A stretch of DNA of 63,813 nt, counting the filler, from Welwitschia mirabilis (taxonomy: Eukaryota), in the NCBI GenBank assembly GCA_051453625.1. It is 7 parts of one record of this genome, joined end to end, with 100 filler letters (N's around TTAATTAATTAA, not from the genome) between each part and the next. Parts side by side here need not be neighbours in the genome. Positions count along the whole stretch, not along the records: positions 24,776 to 31,392 come from JBOZIK010000001.1; positions 31,493 to 43,406 come from JBOZIK010000001.1; 5 more parts are not named here. The stretch is one strand, 5' to 3'. The notes below the pieces were generated by a model, which was given only the letters and a program-made list of their open reading frames with translations, was not told the DNA's origin and made no database searches. Each line of letters begins with the position of its first letter. Position 1 is the stretch's first letter. The position numbers were made by a program, and so were the translations under genes. Positions 24,776 through 36,189 of this stretch are shown piece after piece.

Positions 24776-27260
24776 TTGATGAAGTTTGACTTGTCACTTG
24801 TCATATGTCTTGAATAACCACTATCAAGATACCAGCAGATATGATTAATAACTTCTAGAGCAGTTTGAATAAGTAAGCTTTTGGTGGAGGATTTTGGGAC
24901 CTAGGACATGTGCTTGTTGTTTTTGACATATTGCACGGATTTTGGAGAGAATTTATATTGATTACTAAACACAGAATAATAAAACCAATTCTTACGAAAT
25001 AGATAATCTATTTTAGAGTGACCTCTTTTATTGCAGTAATGGCAAGTGATATTCAGCAAGGAGGATTTTGATGTAAATCTTGCTAACGATCCTTGGGCTA
25101 TGTCCTGATGAGAACTAGAGCTAGTCCAATTTTTTGTTGTTGCTCTTTTAGTCCCTTTACTTTCTTCTTTACAGCAACATGATTCTCTAGATGTTCGAGA
25201 GTTCTGATCAAGTCTCATTTTCAATTCATCAAATTCCTTTTCCTTGGCCTTTAACTTCTTAGTTCAATTTTTATTGTCTTTTCTCAAATTATTTACCCTG
25301 AAAGCTAGATTTTGACATTCCCTATATAGCCCCAGTTCTAATTCATTTAAAAACTCTTCATAATCAATAGAATCACAAGGGGCTCGATCACGTACTTATT
25401 CTTCAACAAAGGCCATGAGAGATATCATATTTCTATCAGGCTTTAAGTTGCAATTGCCTTCACTTTCATTTTCATATTCATCATCATCCCAAGTTACTTA
25501 TAGAGCTTTCTTACCCTTTCTCTTATCTTCTTTCCCATTGTTTGGCCAAATGTTCGATGTGTCCAAAACCTTTACAAGAGTAGCACTAAATATCTCACTT
25601 TACATCATCCTTTCTCTTTGGAGGTCTCCTCGATTGATTGATGTTGTGTTTTGTCGCATGAACGTTTTGAATCTCCTAGCTAGAAGAGCCACTTCATCAT
25701 CACGACTTAATTCTTGATTAGATCCTTCCTTGCCATCAGCATTCTCATGAGTGAAAATTAGTGCAATACTCCTTTTCTTCAATTTCCCAAATTTCGGTTC
25801 AAAAATATGTAGATTTCCTTGAAGCTCATCCATCTTCATGTTGTTCAGGTTTTCACTCTCCCCTACTGCTGTGACTTTAGATTCAACTCTCTTTGGCAGT
25901 GACCTCAAACCTTTTCTTGCTACTATTGATTTTCAATATGTTCTCCTAAGGCATGCATTGAATTTACAATACCAATTAGCTTTGCAAAGAATTCATTTGT
26001 ACCTTCAACCTCTTCCATTTTGACATCTTCAAATTAAGTAATGAGCATTGGCAAATTCGCTTGTTTCACCAGGCTTGTTCCTTCATGAGCCATCTCCAGT
26101 ATGTCCCATGCTTCTTTAGTTGTTGTGCAGTTTACTATCCTCTTAAAATCCTCTGGTCCTACACACAAAAGATGGCATCTAGTCCTTAAAATTGCAAGCA
26201 GCAGCATTTCTATCATCAAGACTCCATTTGTCCTTACCTTTCAAAGAGATGATTCTGGTTGAAGGGTCCTACACAATTGGAAGAGAATATCCATGAGTAA
26301 TTGATTCCCATGTATCAACGTCAATAGATTGAACAAAAACTTGCATTTTGGCTTTCCAGTAGGGCATAATTTTATCCATGAAAGAATGGTGGCCTTGTAA
26401 TGGAGTTGCCCTCAGTGGATTGACTCATTTCTAAGGTTATGGAGCAATGATATATTAGGATCTATTACTCAAACAGGGCTCTGATACCAATTAATGATCA
26501 GATCAACCCTACAGGCAAGTGAGAAGGGAAATTTTTATTATTAACAAATCAAATAAACCAAGAATGCACAAAATCAAAACCTAAAAATGTACTTAGAATT
26601 GTAGCAGTGGTGAGTCTCCATAGTGGTTTTTGCCAATCAGAAAGTAAGTGCTTTTTCTAGATCCTTTGAGAGATGACTTTATATCACAGTGATTGAAATG
26701 ACTATTTATCAAAATCAGTGTAGAACTTCATTTCCCTGATTTGCTTTAATAAACGTGAAGAGCTCTAACAAATAACCGAATCAAAACATATAAGAGATCC
26801 ATCAACCCTACAAGTTACTCTGTTGCCCTCACAAGACATAGAGTTTAAATTAACTACAGTCCCCTAGACGACTAGATCGAACACATTCACAAGCCTCAAT
26901 TTCTCTAATCGCTCTTTGAAAAAGCTTGGTCACCCTTTCCTGATGCAGCTTCTTTTCANNNNNNNNNNTCACCTTTAGTTTGGTTGCCCCCAAAAAGAAT
27001 TACATGAAACACAAGTTAAGACACAATACTCCAAAACACATCATTTTACTTCGGATCATCAAGGACAAATAAGTTTCAACACAACCTTCAAACAGACTTT
27101 CAACAGAATGGCCATAGTAGCGAGATTCACTTCTACCACCGCTTTTGATGCAACTCACTCCTCTATATTCTTCAAGGTGAAGAGAACAAACATGCAATGA
27201 TGCTTCTCCCAGTAGACTAAAATGAGAAAGCTTTTTGTTATTCTCTTTTCAAATCCAACA
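24776..27260 (-). mobile_element. Sirevirus-like copia 5' portion: LTR, PBS, gag, protease start
   Basis: PBS TGGTATCAGAGC on the minus strand at 26478-26489; gag KEAWDILEMAHEGTSLVK and SKVTAVGESENLNNMKMDELQGNL; zinc knuckle CHYCNKRGH; protease WYLDSGYSRHMT beside the gap; probable LTR start TGTTGG at 27260. Confidence 0.85.
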
Positions 27261-27699
27261 GGCCCCTTTTTGGGGACTCTAAAGATTATAGAGATCATCT
27301 TCATCATTATCATTGTCATTTTCAAACTAAGGGTTTCATCTCAAATGTTACAAATGTTACAAGGAAAGAACACTTTAAGGGAAATTTGAAAGGCTTGTGG
27401 TTGGTAACAGCCATTCTAGAACCCTACTAAAGCATTTATTTGCCACTGTTATATTTGTGCGTAAACATTTTAACAAAGCAAAGGAAATTTCTCTGGCTAC
27501 TCTAGACCATTTTTATTGCTTCCACCAATTCTTCCTTCATCTTGCCTTTATCATTGTGGCATCGATAGAGCACTAAAGTTCTAGTTTTTAGTGATGCAAT
27601 AAGGTCCATCATGAATCACAACCTTAATCATGTACCCTTTATAACAAATATGTTGCTTGGAATCACCGCCTTAATTGTTTACCCTTTATAACAAATATG

Positions 27700-28746
27700 T
27701 TGCTTTGTTGCCCACTTCTTATCAACATTGATACTTCCTACACAATCATCTCAAAACTTCCATTACAGATGCATGCAATCACTAATTTCTCCAATAATGC
27801 ATGTGCTACCCAACCAATGCCCCAATAAAGCACCTAATGGATCCATACTGCAATTGAAATCCATACCTGCATTCTTCAAGCAATTTAGGCATCTAACAAA
27901 TGACCCAAGAGTCTCTGGTGTTGGCTATCTCAGCCTTCTCCAACCCAAGAGTCTCTAGTGTTGGCTATCTTAGCCTTCTCTTTGGAGAACATAGCTTAGG
28001 TGTGTTTGAAGAGAAAATTAACCATAAGAGGCTCGTTAGGTGAGGCCTTAAAAGGTACACCACCAAAATAAAAATTTGACGATAATTCTCAAAGGATAAT
28101 TGGGTGTGCTTAATTTTCTTGGCAAGGCCCTTCATTTGAACACACCCAAAAGTAGGCCAGTTTGCCACCATCACATAGTTTAGTTGCATAATCACTGACT
28201 TGTCTCTCTTTATCAGAAATGAGTAGCCAAACAATGAGTAGGATTAAAGATTCATCCTAGAAAGGTACGTGTTTGAAGACTCTTGAACCTCCCCATAACA
28301 AGTAATGATAATGACACCCTACTGTGTATCAAGGAAATGTGGGTGCACCTCTAGCACCTATCCTTTCACTGACAGCATCACCACTATGACATATCCCAAA
28401 GCATTTGCTAATGATACAAATGTGTTGACCTCACTGATGATACAAAAGCATTGTCCACCTTTCATACTATGAGCTCTTGCACACCAACGCTCTCACCCAA
28501 CTATCAACATCGGCTTCATTGCCAACTTTAGAAACGACGGACTTTGAATTAGGCATATCAAGGCTGATGGCATAAGGCAAGAGTTCTTGAAGAAATAGAG
28601 GATGAATAGTAGTATACATGTTACAAGTAACTGTAGATTAAGATGGGCTTGCTTTGCTTAAGGGCATAGTAGATGGCCATAGTTCTCGGTGTCTTGCATT
28701 TCGGAAGGAAATATGCCTTCTTCGGGTCTATCATGCTCTAATACCA
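27700..28746 (-). mobile_element. Very degenerate LTR-retrotransposon internal fragment with PBS
   Basis: TGGTATTAGAGC (tRNA-iMet PBS-like) on the minus strand at 28735-28746. Downstream coding motifs are not confidently readable. Confidence 0.35.
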
Positions 28747-29530
28747 TTTGAAATGTACCTTTTTTGGTACATTTGCTAACATGAGGAAAAGAATTCCTCA
28801 GTCATTATCTCTTCCTTTAATATGACAATTTATAACCCTTTAAAACTCATGAAATGTTTTACTATAATGTTAAACATTTTAGAATCTAATTTTCAATTAA
28901 TGTTTACGCTAAATTAATATCTGTATTTATTTTAGCTAATATTTATTCTAGTGTTTATTCAGAAGATTACATTTTATAATTCAAATAGAGACATTACAAA
29001 CAAACATTAATAATTCAAGTTTGATGTGAGGCTAAAGGCATGCAAATACATTCATTGTGTCAACAAATGCCTTATGTTACAAAGATAGCATATTTTCAAA
29101 AAAAAAAAAATATTTCACACAAAACACAAAGAACTAGCAAAACGCGAATCAAATGTTTTAAAACAAATGACCACACAATTTGGGGGAAGGTGTTTTTGTC
29201 TCAAAACAGTTTAATGTGTGAAAAAGATGAGTTGGAGCAAACAAGCAACCCTGGCAAATGCATTACAGTTTCCCATGAATTAAATTTCTTTTTGTTCCCA
29301 AAAAAGAAGGATAGATAAGCAGGAATTCTAATTGCCAAACTACTTTATGAAGATTGGATTTACTCTAGGCCAATTGCAAGTAATCCAACAATCAAAAACG
29401 TTTATCATAGTGCATTGTTAATTTCAAATAGACTGCAACAGGCTACATAAATGACATAAAAGGAACAGAATGCACATATTACTATACTGTTTATTCAAAC
29501 CATTTTGAGATACAGAAATTAAAATGCTAC

Positions 29531-30822
29531 CTTATGCCTAGCTGCAAGTTGAGCATAAGATCATAACTTCTGTGGCCTTTTATAATTGTTTCACCAGGTT
29601 TTTTAATCTCCTTGGCTTGCCTTTTTTGACGTCGCCTTGAGAGCTTTGAAAGGGAAAAGGAGTCATCTTTTACCAGTTCACTGATTAAGACACCTTGCAT
29701 GTATTCCCTTTCTAATACTGGCACTGACAACACTTCGTCTGCTTCTCTTTCTCCACCTTCAATGATGGTTTGGTCCCCAATCCATGAGTTATCCTGCCCT
29801 AAAACATTATCAAAAGCACCTTCGAGACTCCAGCGTCTTTGCAAAGACGTACCTTTGTTAGATGCACTTTCTGAACTTCTTAGGAACTCATCTGTTAGCA
29901 ATTTTTCAGATGAACCATGACTATTTCTATGTTTACGTAAACTAAAACGTCCAAGATTCAAAGAAGAAGAATGGCTTAGCCTGGCAGAGCTATGACTTCC
30001 ATGTTGAACTGAATTTGCCCCTTGTTCTCTCTGTGACATAGAACCATAATTATGTCCTCTCACTGTAGGAAGTTTGCTTCCAGATGGATAAAATGTACCC
30101 TTTCCATCCTTTAAGCCCTTGCTCCATCTCCCTATATAACAACCTCCATCTGCCCACGTATACACTCCAAACCCATGTGCCATTCCATCTAGCCAGCTGC
30201 CATCAAATGAATCTCCACTCACCCAAGTCAAGACCCCTGTTCCACACATCCTGCCTCCTTTCCAATCACCCATATAGACATCCCCACTCTGCCATACATA
30301 TCTCCCAGGACCCTCAGGAACTCCTTGGTTCCATGAACCTTCATAAATGTCTCCATTTGAATATATTTTTCTTCCCAGTCCATGCTTTACATTCAAGCTC
30401 CAGTCACCTTTGTATGTAGTACCATCTGTTCCTGTAAATGTCCCAACACCATGCATGTAACCACCCAGGAAATCCCCTTCATAGGTAGCACCTGATGGCC
30501 ATGAAATTCTTCCCCTTCCAGACTTTTTTCCTCTTTTCCAATCACCCTCATACATACATCCATCCGACCATATGTACTTACCAGTTCCATGTGGAAGACT
30601 CCCCTGAAATGACCCCACATAAAGATCACCATTTGATAAGACCTTTTCTCCAACCCTATAGCATCCCAATTCAATTGACTTCCTGGCTCCCTCACCATCT
30701 GCCACGACAGAAAACTGATCCCTCTCACTGAAAGACTCTGAACCAACAGTGGATTGTATTTCGCCAATTGATTGTTCTGATGCTTTCTCCTCATCCTCGG
30801 CATGGGCCACTGGGCCAGACAT
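29531..30822 (-). CDS. PIP5K9: Phosphatidylinositol 4-phosphate 5-kinase, MORN-repeat subfamily B (PIP5K7/8/9 clade), first coding exon: N-terminus, 8 MORN repeats, linker, start of dimerization domain
   Basis: 431-aa ORF with eight MORN repeats (YVGSF, YEGDW, YEGDF, YKGDW, YEGSW, YMGDW, FDGSW, YIGRW cores), LEREYMQGVLISE and KKPGETIIKGHRSYDLMLNLQLGIR. Ends GGC ATA AG|GTAGC (donor at 29530, phase 2). The paralog name is by resemblance only. Confidence 0.95.
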
Positions 30823-32190
30823 GCAGAATACTCCTGAAGGTGCCGTTTTTAAGAAGAATGAAGGATCAGACAGCCCTAAAACTGTTCTGGAGGCAGCATG
30901 TTGTCAAATATTGGGATAGACGAAAATCATCACAGCTGAAGAGCAATCCAAGTGGGAGGGCCTAACCCCTATCTTGCAGAAGATAAGCAAATTGTTATTA
31001 TAATCAAATCCATCAATGGTATAACAGTGGAACAAGAATGAACTATAAGCCAGAGTGAGATACCATGGTATATTGCAATAAGGTAAAAAATTATGTTGTC
31101 TGTTCAATTACTCAGTCCAGATATCAGAAAATGTAAAAAATAATTGTAAGCAGTGTGAAATCAAAAAACATTTAAATTTTATAAAGACAGAATATGTTTT
31201 TATGAACATTAGGTCTTTTCTATAAGAAGGAAGTTACAATATAGTTAGTATTAGTAATACTATGGCTGTGCCTTGTGTGCTTCTACAGATTGAGTTCTTC
31301 GTGGTTTATATGGATTAACACATTGGCGTTGAAAGAAAAGAAAATATTTCATTTTGCAAACAAAACATTGCAGTAGTGGAACATATTAGCTGNNNNNNNN
31401 NNNNNNNNNNNNNNNNNNNNNNNNNNNNNNNNNNNNTTAATTAATTAANNNNNNNNNNNNNNNNNNNNNNNNNNNNNNNNNNNNNNNNNNNNTGATCATC
31501 TATGACAGATATCATAGAAAACTAATTGTGTCTATAGATGCAACAAGGATGTAAAATTCTATTGAAACAACATAAATTCTCTAGGTAGTTGAGGTGTAAC
31601 TCACATCTAACATCGTCTAACTCACAACTAACACCAAGATGTTATCCACAGGCCATAATTAAAAAATACAGTGCCGATAACAGGTTCCTACAGAAAGGCA
31701 GATGAACAAAACCATTATGCTACAGTCACCTTACAAATGGAGCCTAGTTGTGTAAAGTGGTGATGGTTATCTGCTGGATTCTACTCAAAGGAACCATATA
31801 CTAAGTATAAACAAGGTCTAGGGAATAGGGTTAGTGTTGCAGAAGCATCTAATTTCCATGTGATGCCAAGTAGACATATAAAGATGGAAAAGGATACCCG
31901 AACTAGGGGGACCTATTATTCTTCTAGAATATCTTTGAACATAACTGTGTAGAAGAAAAAACTGAAGAGCCTTTTTTCCCCCAACAGATTAAAAAGAATG
32001 ACCAATATAAATAGATTGTTTCCTTATCTCAAAAACCAATCAAGTATTTCTTACAGTACCCATGATAATCATTTTCATCTTGCAGTTTTATTTCCTAAGA
32101 AGGGATGTTTATATGTTTTGTAAAATTGCACTTATATTCATAATGAATATGAAAACTGATAATTATTTTGAGCATTGCCTAGAACAAAAC

Positions 32191-32295
32191 CTGGGTTTCC
32201 CTTAGACGATCTCCAGTTGCATAGCTACGAGAAAGCCGTTCACTTCCAGCTAGATCAATAAGGTTCAATACTCCTTGCACTTGTTGGCCTGTGCT
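32191..32295 (-). CDS. KIN14: Kinesin-14 motor exon with switch II
   Basis: Acceptor TTGTAG|AGC; 35 codons [35 protein letters not shown]; donor CAG|GTTTT; DLAGSE is switch II. Confidence 0.93.
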
Positions 32296-32376
32296 CTACA
32301 ATGTTTAGCAGCAAAATTAATTCTTCTAACTAAAAAATTGAACTTTGCGAGAAACAGATATTATATGAAAACTAAC

Positions 32377-32458
32377 CTCGTTTGTGCCATGGATGCGCAA
32401 AGTAAAGACGCAATGACTTCGGGAGGAATGCTCATTCATTACTGTTCTGCCCACTGCC
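32377..32458 (-). CDS. KIN14: Kinesin-14 motor exon with switch I
   Basis: Acceptor ATCCAG|G, then (R)[27 protein letters not shown], donor GAG|GTTAGT. The first G completes the AG|G Arg codon from the exon ending at 53455; NxxSSRSH is switch I. Confidence 0.93.
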
Positions 32459-33779
32459 CTGGATACATGAGATTGGAAATTTCATATGGTGCAGTAAGTG
32501 ATGATAAATGAATTTTTGAGAGCTAAAATCCCACGAGTGAACTTCTTAATAAAAAAAGTACACAGAATATTTGATGTTGATGAGATTAGTATGGGATATT
32601 TACAGACGCATGATATTCTGAACATATTGCGAAATGCAGCGGATGCATTTCCCTCTATGATGAGGAATCACATGCCATAAATAGTATAGTGCATATTCTA
32701 CTTGCTTCAATTTTGCTTCTTAAAGATTCAACACCACAAAGATCTCAGCATACAATGAAGAGAATGGTGGTTGGTGGTCACTTTAAGACTGCACCCTCTA
32801 GAAGATGAAAACAAGATTCAAAGTAATCAAATAATACTCTAAATGTCAGTCAATCCCCCTAACAATGAGATTAGAAACTTGGCAGGAAATTTTAACATCA
32901 CTTGCATTCTGAGAAGATCAGACTGTTAATGCAGAGGCAATCTCAGTGACAATAGGATTGAAACCTTGGGAGGAAATTTTAACTTCACTCTCATTCCAAG
33001 AAAATTTTGCAATGATAACCTTGAAATTTTAGGGTTGTTATATGAATTGTAACATTTGTGCAGAAATGTCATGTACCCCAAGTTGAGGTACACAAAGAAA
33101 GTAGTAGACAAGTATTTTCTTATGTATCCATAAAGAAGTGGGTTTGCTTTCTAATCCTGATAAAGAACCTGTCCTAAGCTCAATCCTTTTGAAATCTGAT
33201 CCCTAATCACATTTGATTTTTTCACTTTGTACCTCAGCGACTTACTAACTTACTCGTAGCTTATAATTTATCATGAGTTCATGACCTTTGATGATCAACA
33301 ATCATAATAATATATTTAAGTCTTCTATGCAAATCACCGTTATTACATAGTGAATGAGATCACGATTTGTTTCGAAAGGCTTGCAATACTCCATTACACT
33401 GCCTTGTCATGGATTTCTTCCAAATTTGGAAGTATTATAGCAAATCTAACTATGATCAAAGCATTTAAAAGCATCCATTCTAATGTATTTTCATATTTGC
33501 TGATTCCTGGCAGTCTTGATTCAATTTTCAAAAGTGTGAGATAAGTTGCAAGTTGCAACCTTGAGTAATACTTTTCCAGCCACCTCAACCTTCAATGCTT
33601 CAAATGATGATTCCCCTTCAAATCTTTTGAAGAACCTTTCCATTAGGTTTAAAATAGAGGTTAGATACGTAATCCTCATTTGAACTGAACACTTTTCAGC
33701 TGTGTACTAAACAAAAACTGAGAAAAAGACAACCAAACTATAAAAAGACAAGAACTAGTGGGACACTTCACCAAACAGG

Positions 33780-35420
33780 AAATAATGGAAGCCATTAGGA
33801 GTGAAAACTAATAAAAGTCAGTCCAGATGGCTGGGCAGCAGACTTCTACAAGAAATTCGTCAGATGCTTACTAAAGAACATTACAGATATGGCAAATGAT
33901 ATACTACGGAGAGGGAGGATAGTGCAGTAGATTAATCGCACCAATATAACAGTAATTCAAGAAAAAGTAGGACACTATCGCCCCACAAGACTTCAGATGT
34001 ATCGGGGTGTGTAGTGTCATCTACAAACTTCTCAGTAAGCTCTAGTTTGCTGGCTTGCCTCATTGCTTCCCAAGCTGCTTCATTTTTCTCAAGTCAGTTT
34101 TGTTAAATTTACATACATTTAGGACCAAGTTATTTAGAATCATGAACTAACACATACATATGAGACTCGTAAATTTCCAGCCGTGTTCAGAAAGCTAGAC
34201 ACAGCAAAGGCCTATGATACCATAAACTGGAAAGCTCTACCAAATATCATGTTGAATAATGGCTCCCCTCCCAACTATGTGGAAATGATGTGAACTTTGT
34301 AAGTTCCCACCAGATTTTCAGTAGAGATCAAAGCAAAACTTTATGGTTTTTTTTTTTTCCAAATCAAACAGAGGTTTAAGATGAGGGGATCCATTATCAC
34401 CCTACGTACTCATTCTGGTAATGGACGCTATGAGGCTTTTTTAAAGAAACATAGAGCTAAAGGGATTTGTATAGGGAATCAAACATTTATGAACAACCAT
34501 TATGCTGATGACACATATTAATAACTACAGCTATCAAGGAGGATGCCAAAGCAATGGTTACTAGCATTGAGAAGTTTGGTGGTAAAACAGGATTACATAT
34601 TAACGATGAGAAAACCAAAATATATTTTTCAATACAAATGTGAACAAGAAAGGGATTATTCTAAATGAAATAGGTATGAAAGAGCACTCAGCGAATAATG
34701 TGTACATAGGCATTCTGATGAAAAACTGGTACTGGTACAAAATCAATACCTACAAAAACCTGCTGGAACGGATTGAGAAGAGATTCACAAACTAGTGTAA
34801 GAGGTATCTATCCACTTAAACAAAAGTATTCTAGTTAATGCATGCACTGGCTCAATTACCAGATCTACATCAGCCATAATGGCCCAGCCAAAGAAAACAC
34901 ATGAGTGAATAAATGAAGCTTTTAAGTGCTCATTTTGGTCAGATGGGAAGGACAAGGCCCAGATACACCTTGTCAAATGGACTACTCTTAGCAGACCCCA
35001 GGAATCAGAAAGCATAGGTATTAACAACATAGAGGACATGAATTTACCAGGACAATAAAATATCCTTCAAAGGTTAGAGGGAAATAAATCTCCTTGGGCA
35101 ACTTTAATAAATAACAAACATAGATATGACCAGTGGGGCAACTCTTCCTATGGAAATCATCAGAAAGATCCAACAGACCCTAGAGAGTGTAGATGCAGGA
35201 CAAAATTGGTCCAATAAAGAGGTACTAATGGCGAAGTATGTAAAAGAGGAATCCAAAATCACATTATGGAAAGGAATGCTCCCCAGAAAAATCAAAATCT
35301 TCATCTGGGTCCTTGCACGCAAAGTCATATTAGTGGCAGATAGATTGAATTGACATGGAACTAATGTCCCTCAAATTTGCATGATGTGTCATCATGCAAA
35401 CAAGACCATAAACCACTTTA
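33780..35420 (+). mobile_element. Degenerate L1 LINE ORF2 (RT and zf-RVT)
   Basis: SPDGWAADFYKK, VIYKLLSK, KLDTAKAYDTINW, GDPLSPYVLILVMD, HYADDT, IHLVKW, LWKGMLPRKIKIFIWVLAR...CMMC. Confidence 0.88.
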
Positions 35421-35475
35421 AAGATTTGCCTCCTTAGCCAACTATACGTTAACTAAATCTCATCATGGTTTGTAC

Positions 35476-35860
35476 CATAGTTTTTTGGAGCGGATCCGAA
35501 TCGCGATCCACGCGATTCTGGATCGCACTTCAGCTTTTTGCGATCTGGAGCAGAGTAGCGGAATTGCAATCTCAGACAAACAGATTGCGACCCAGAATGC
35601 GTGATCCGCACGATTTGGCGATGTCGCAAAACGCAGCTGGGATAACCGTTGAAAAAACACCTTTTTCCAATAAAAATCCTATTTCGCACAGGCACCAGAC
35701 AGATGAGAAACTACGATTTCCAACTTTCAACTGCGATTTCTAGCTTTCAACTATGATTTCAGAGACGCTCGATCTTTCAAGTTTCAACTGCGGTTTTAGT
35801 CTGAACTCTGAAACGATACAACAGCGGCTTTTAGCTTGTTTGAGTCCTGTGGTAAGTCTC
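35476..35860 (+). mobile_element. CpG-rich DNA-transposon (hAT-like) terminus
   Basis: Begins CATAGTTTT, followed by clustered GATCC/CGCGATC/TGCGAT motifs in an otherwise CpG-poor background. Confidence 0.5.
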
Positions 35861-36189
35861 AATAACAAACACAAATTGTTTGCTCATTTGTTTTTTGGGC
35901 AATATGGCATGAGATGATCTGCAACTTGTGTCAGTAAAGTTATCACTGCAAAGTCTTTGTTCCATTTAATTCAAAGGGTGCTGAAGTCTGTTGGCAATGG
36001 AACCTTGTTCTCTTTGAACTGTCACTTGGAATGTTANNNNNNNNNNNNNNNNNNNNNNNNNNNNNNNNNNNNNNNNNNNNNNNNNNNNNNNNNNNNNNNN
36101 NNNNNNNNNNNNNNNNNNNNNNNNNNNNNNNNNNNNTACAGAATTTTTTTCTCCTGTTATAAAGCATTCATCAATCAGGAAAGTTCTTT

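Larger units (their letters stand above)
5384..29530 (-). other. PIP5K intron, ~24.1 kb as assembled, filled with TE remnants
   Basis: GT at 29530-29529 and AG at 5385-5384 join LQLGIR-YSVGK in frame. Contains several N gaps and one linker, so the true length is uncertain. Confidence 0.85.

Noticed and set aside
29699..30965. Several short ORFs overlapping PIP5K exon 1
   Set aside because: Alternative-frame or antisense shadows of the true CDS.
30823..32191. In-frame kinesin-PIP5K fusion protein
   Set aside because: The kinesin donor at 32190 is phase 0, but the AG sites in the open frame upstream of the PIP5K ATG (back to the stop at 30904-30906) are phase 1 or 2. An artificial linker also intervenes.
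32275..32680. Plus-strand ORFs of 78 and 60 aa
   Set aside because: Antisense to the real kinesin exons and adjacent intron; no recognisable motifs.
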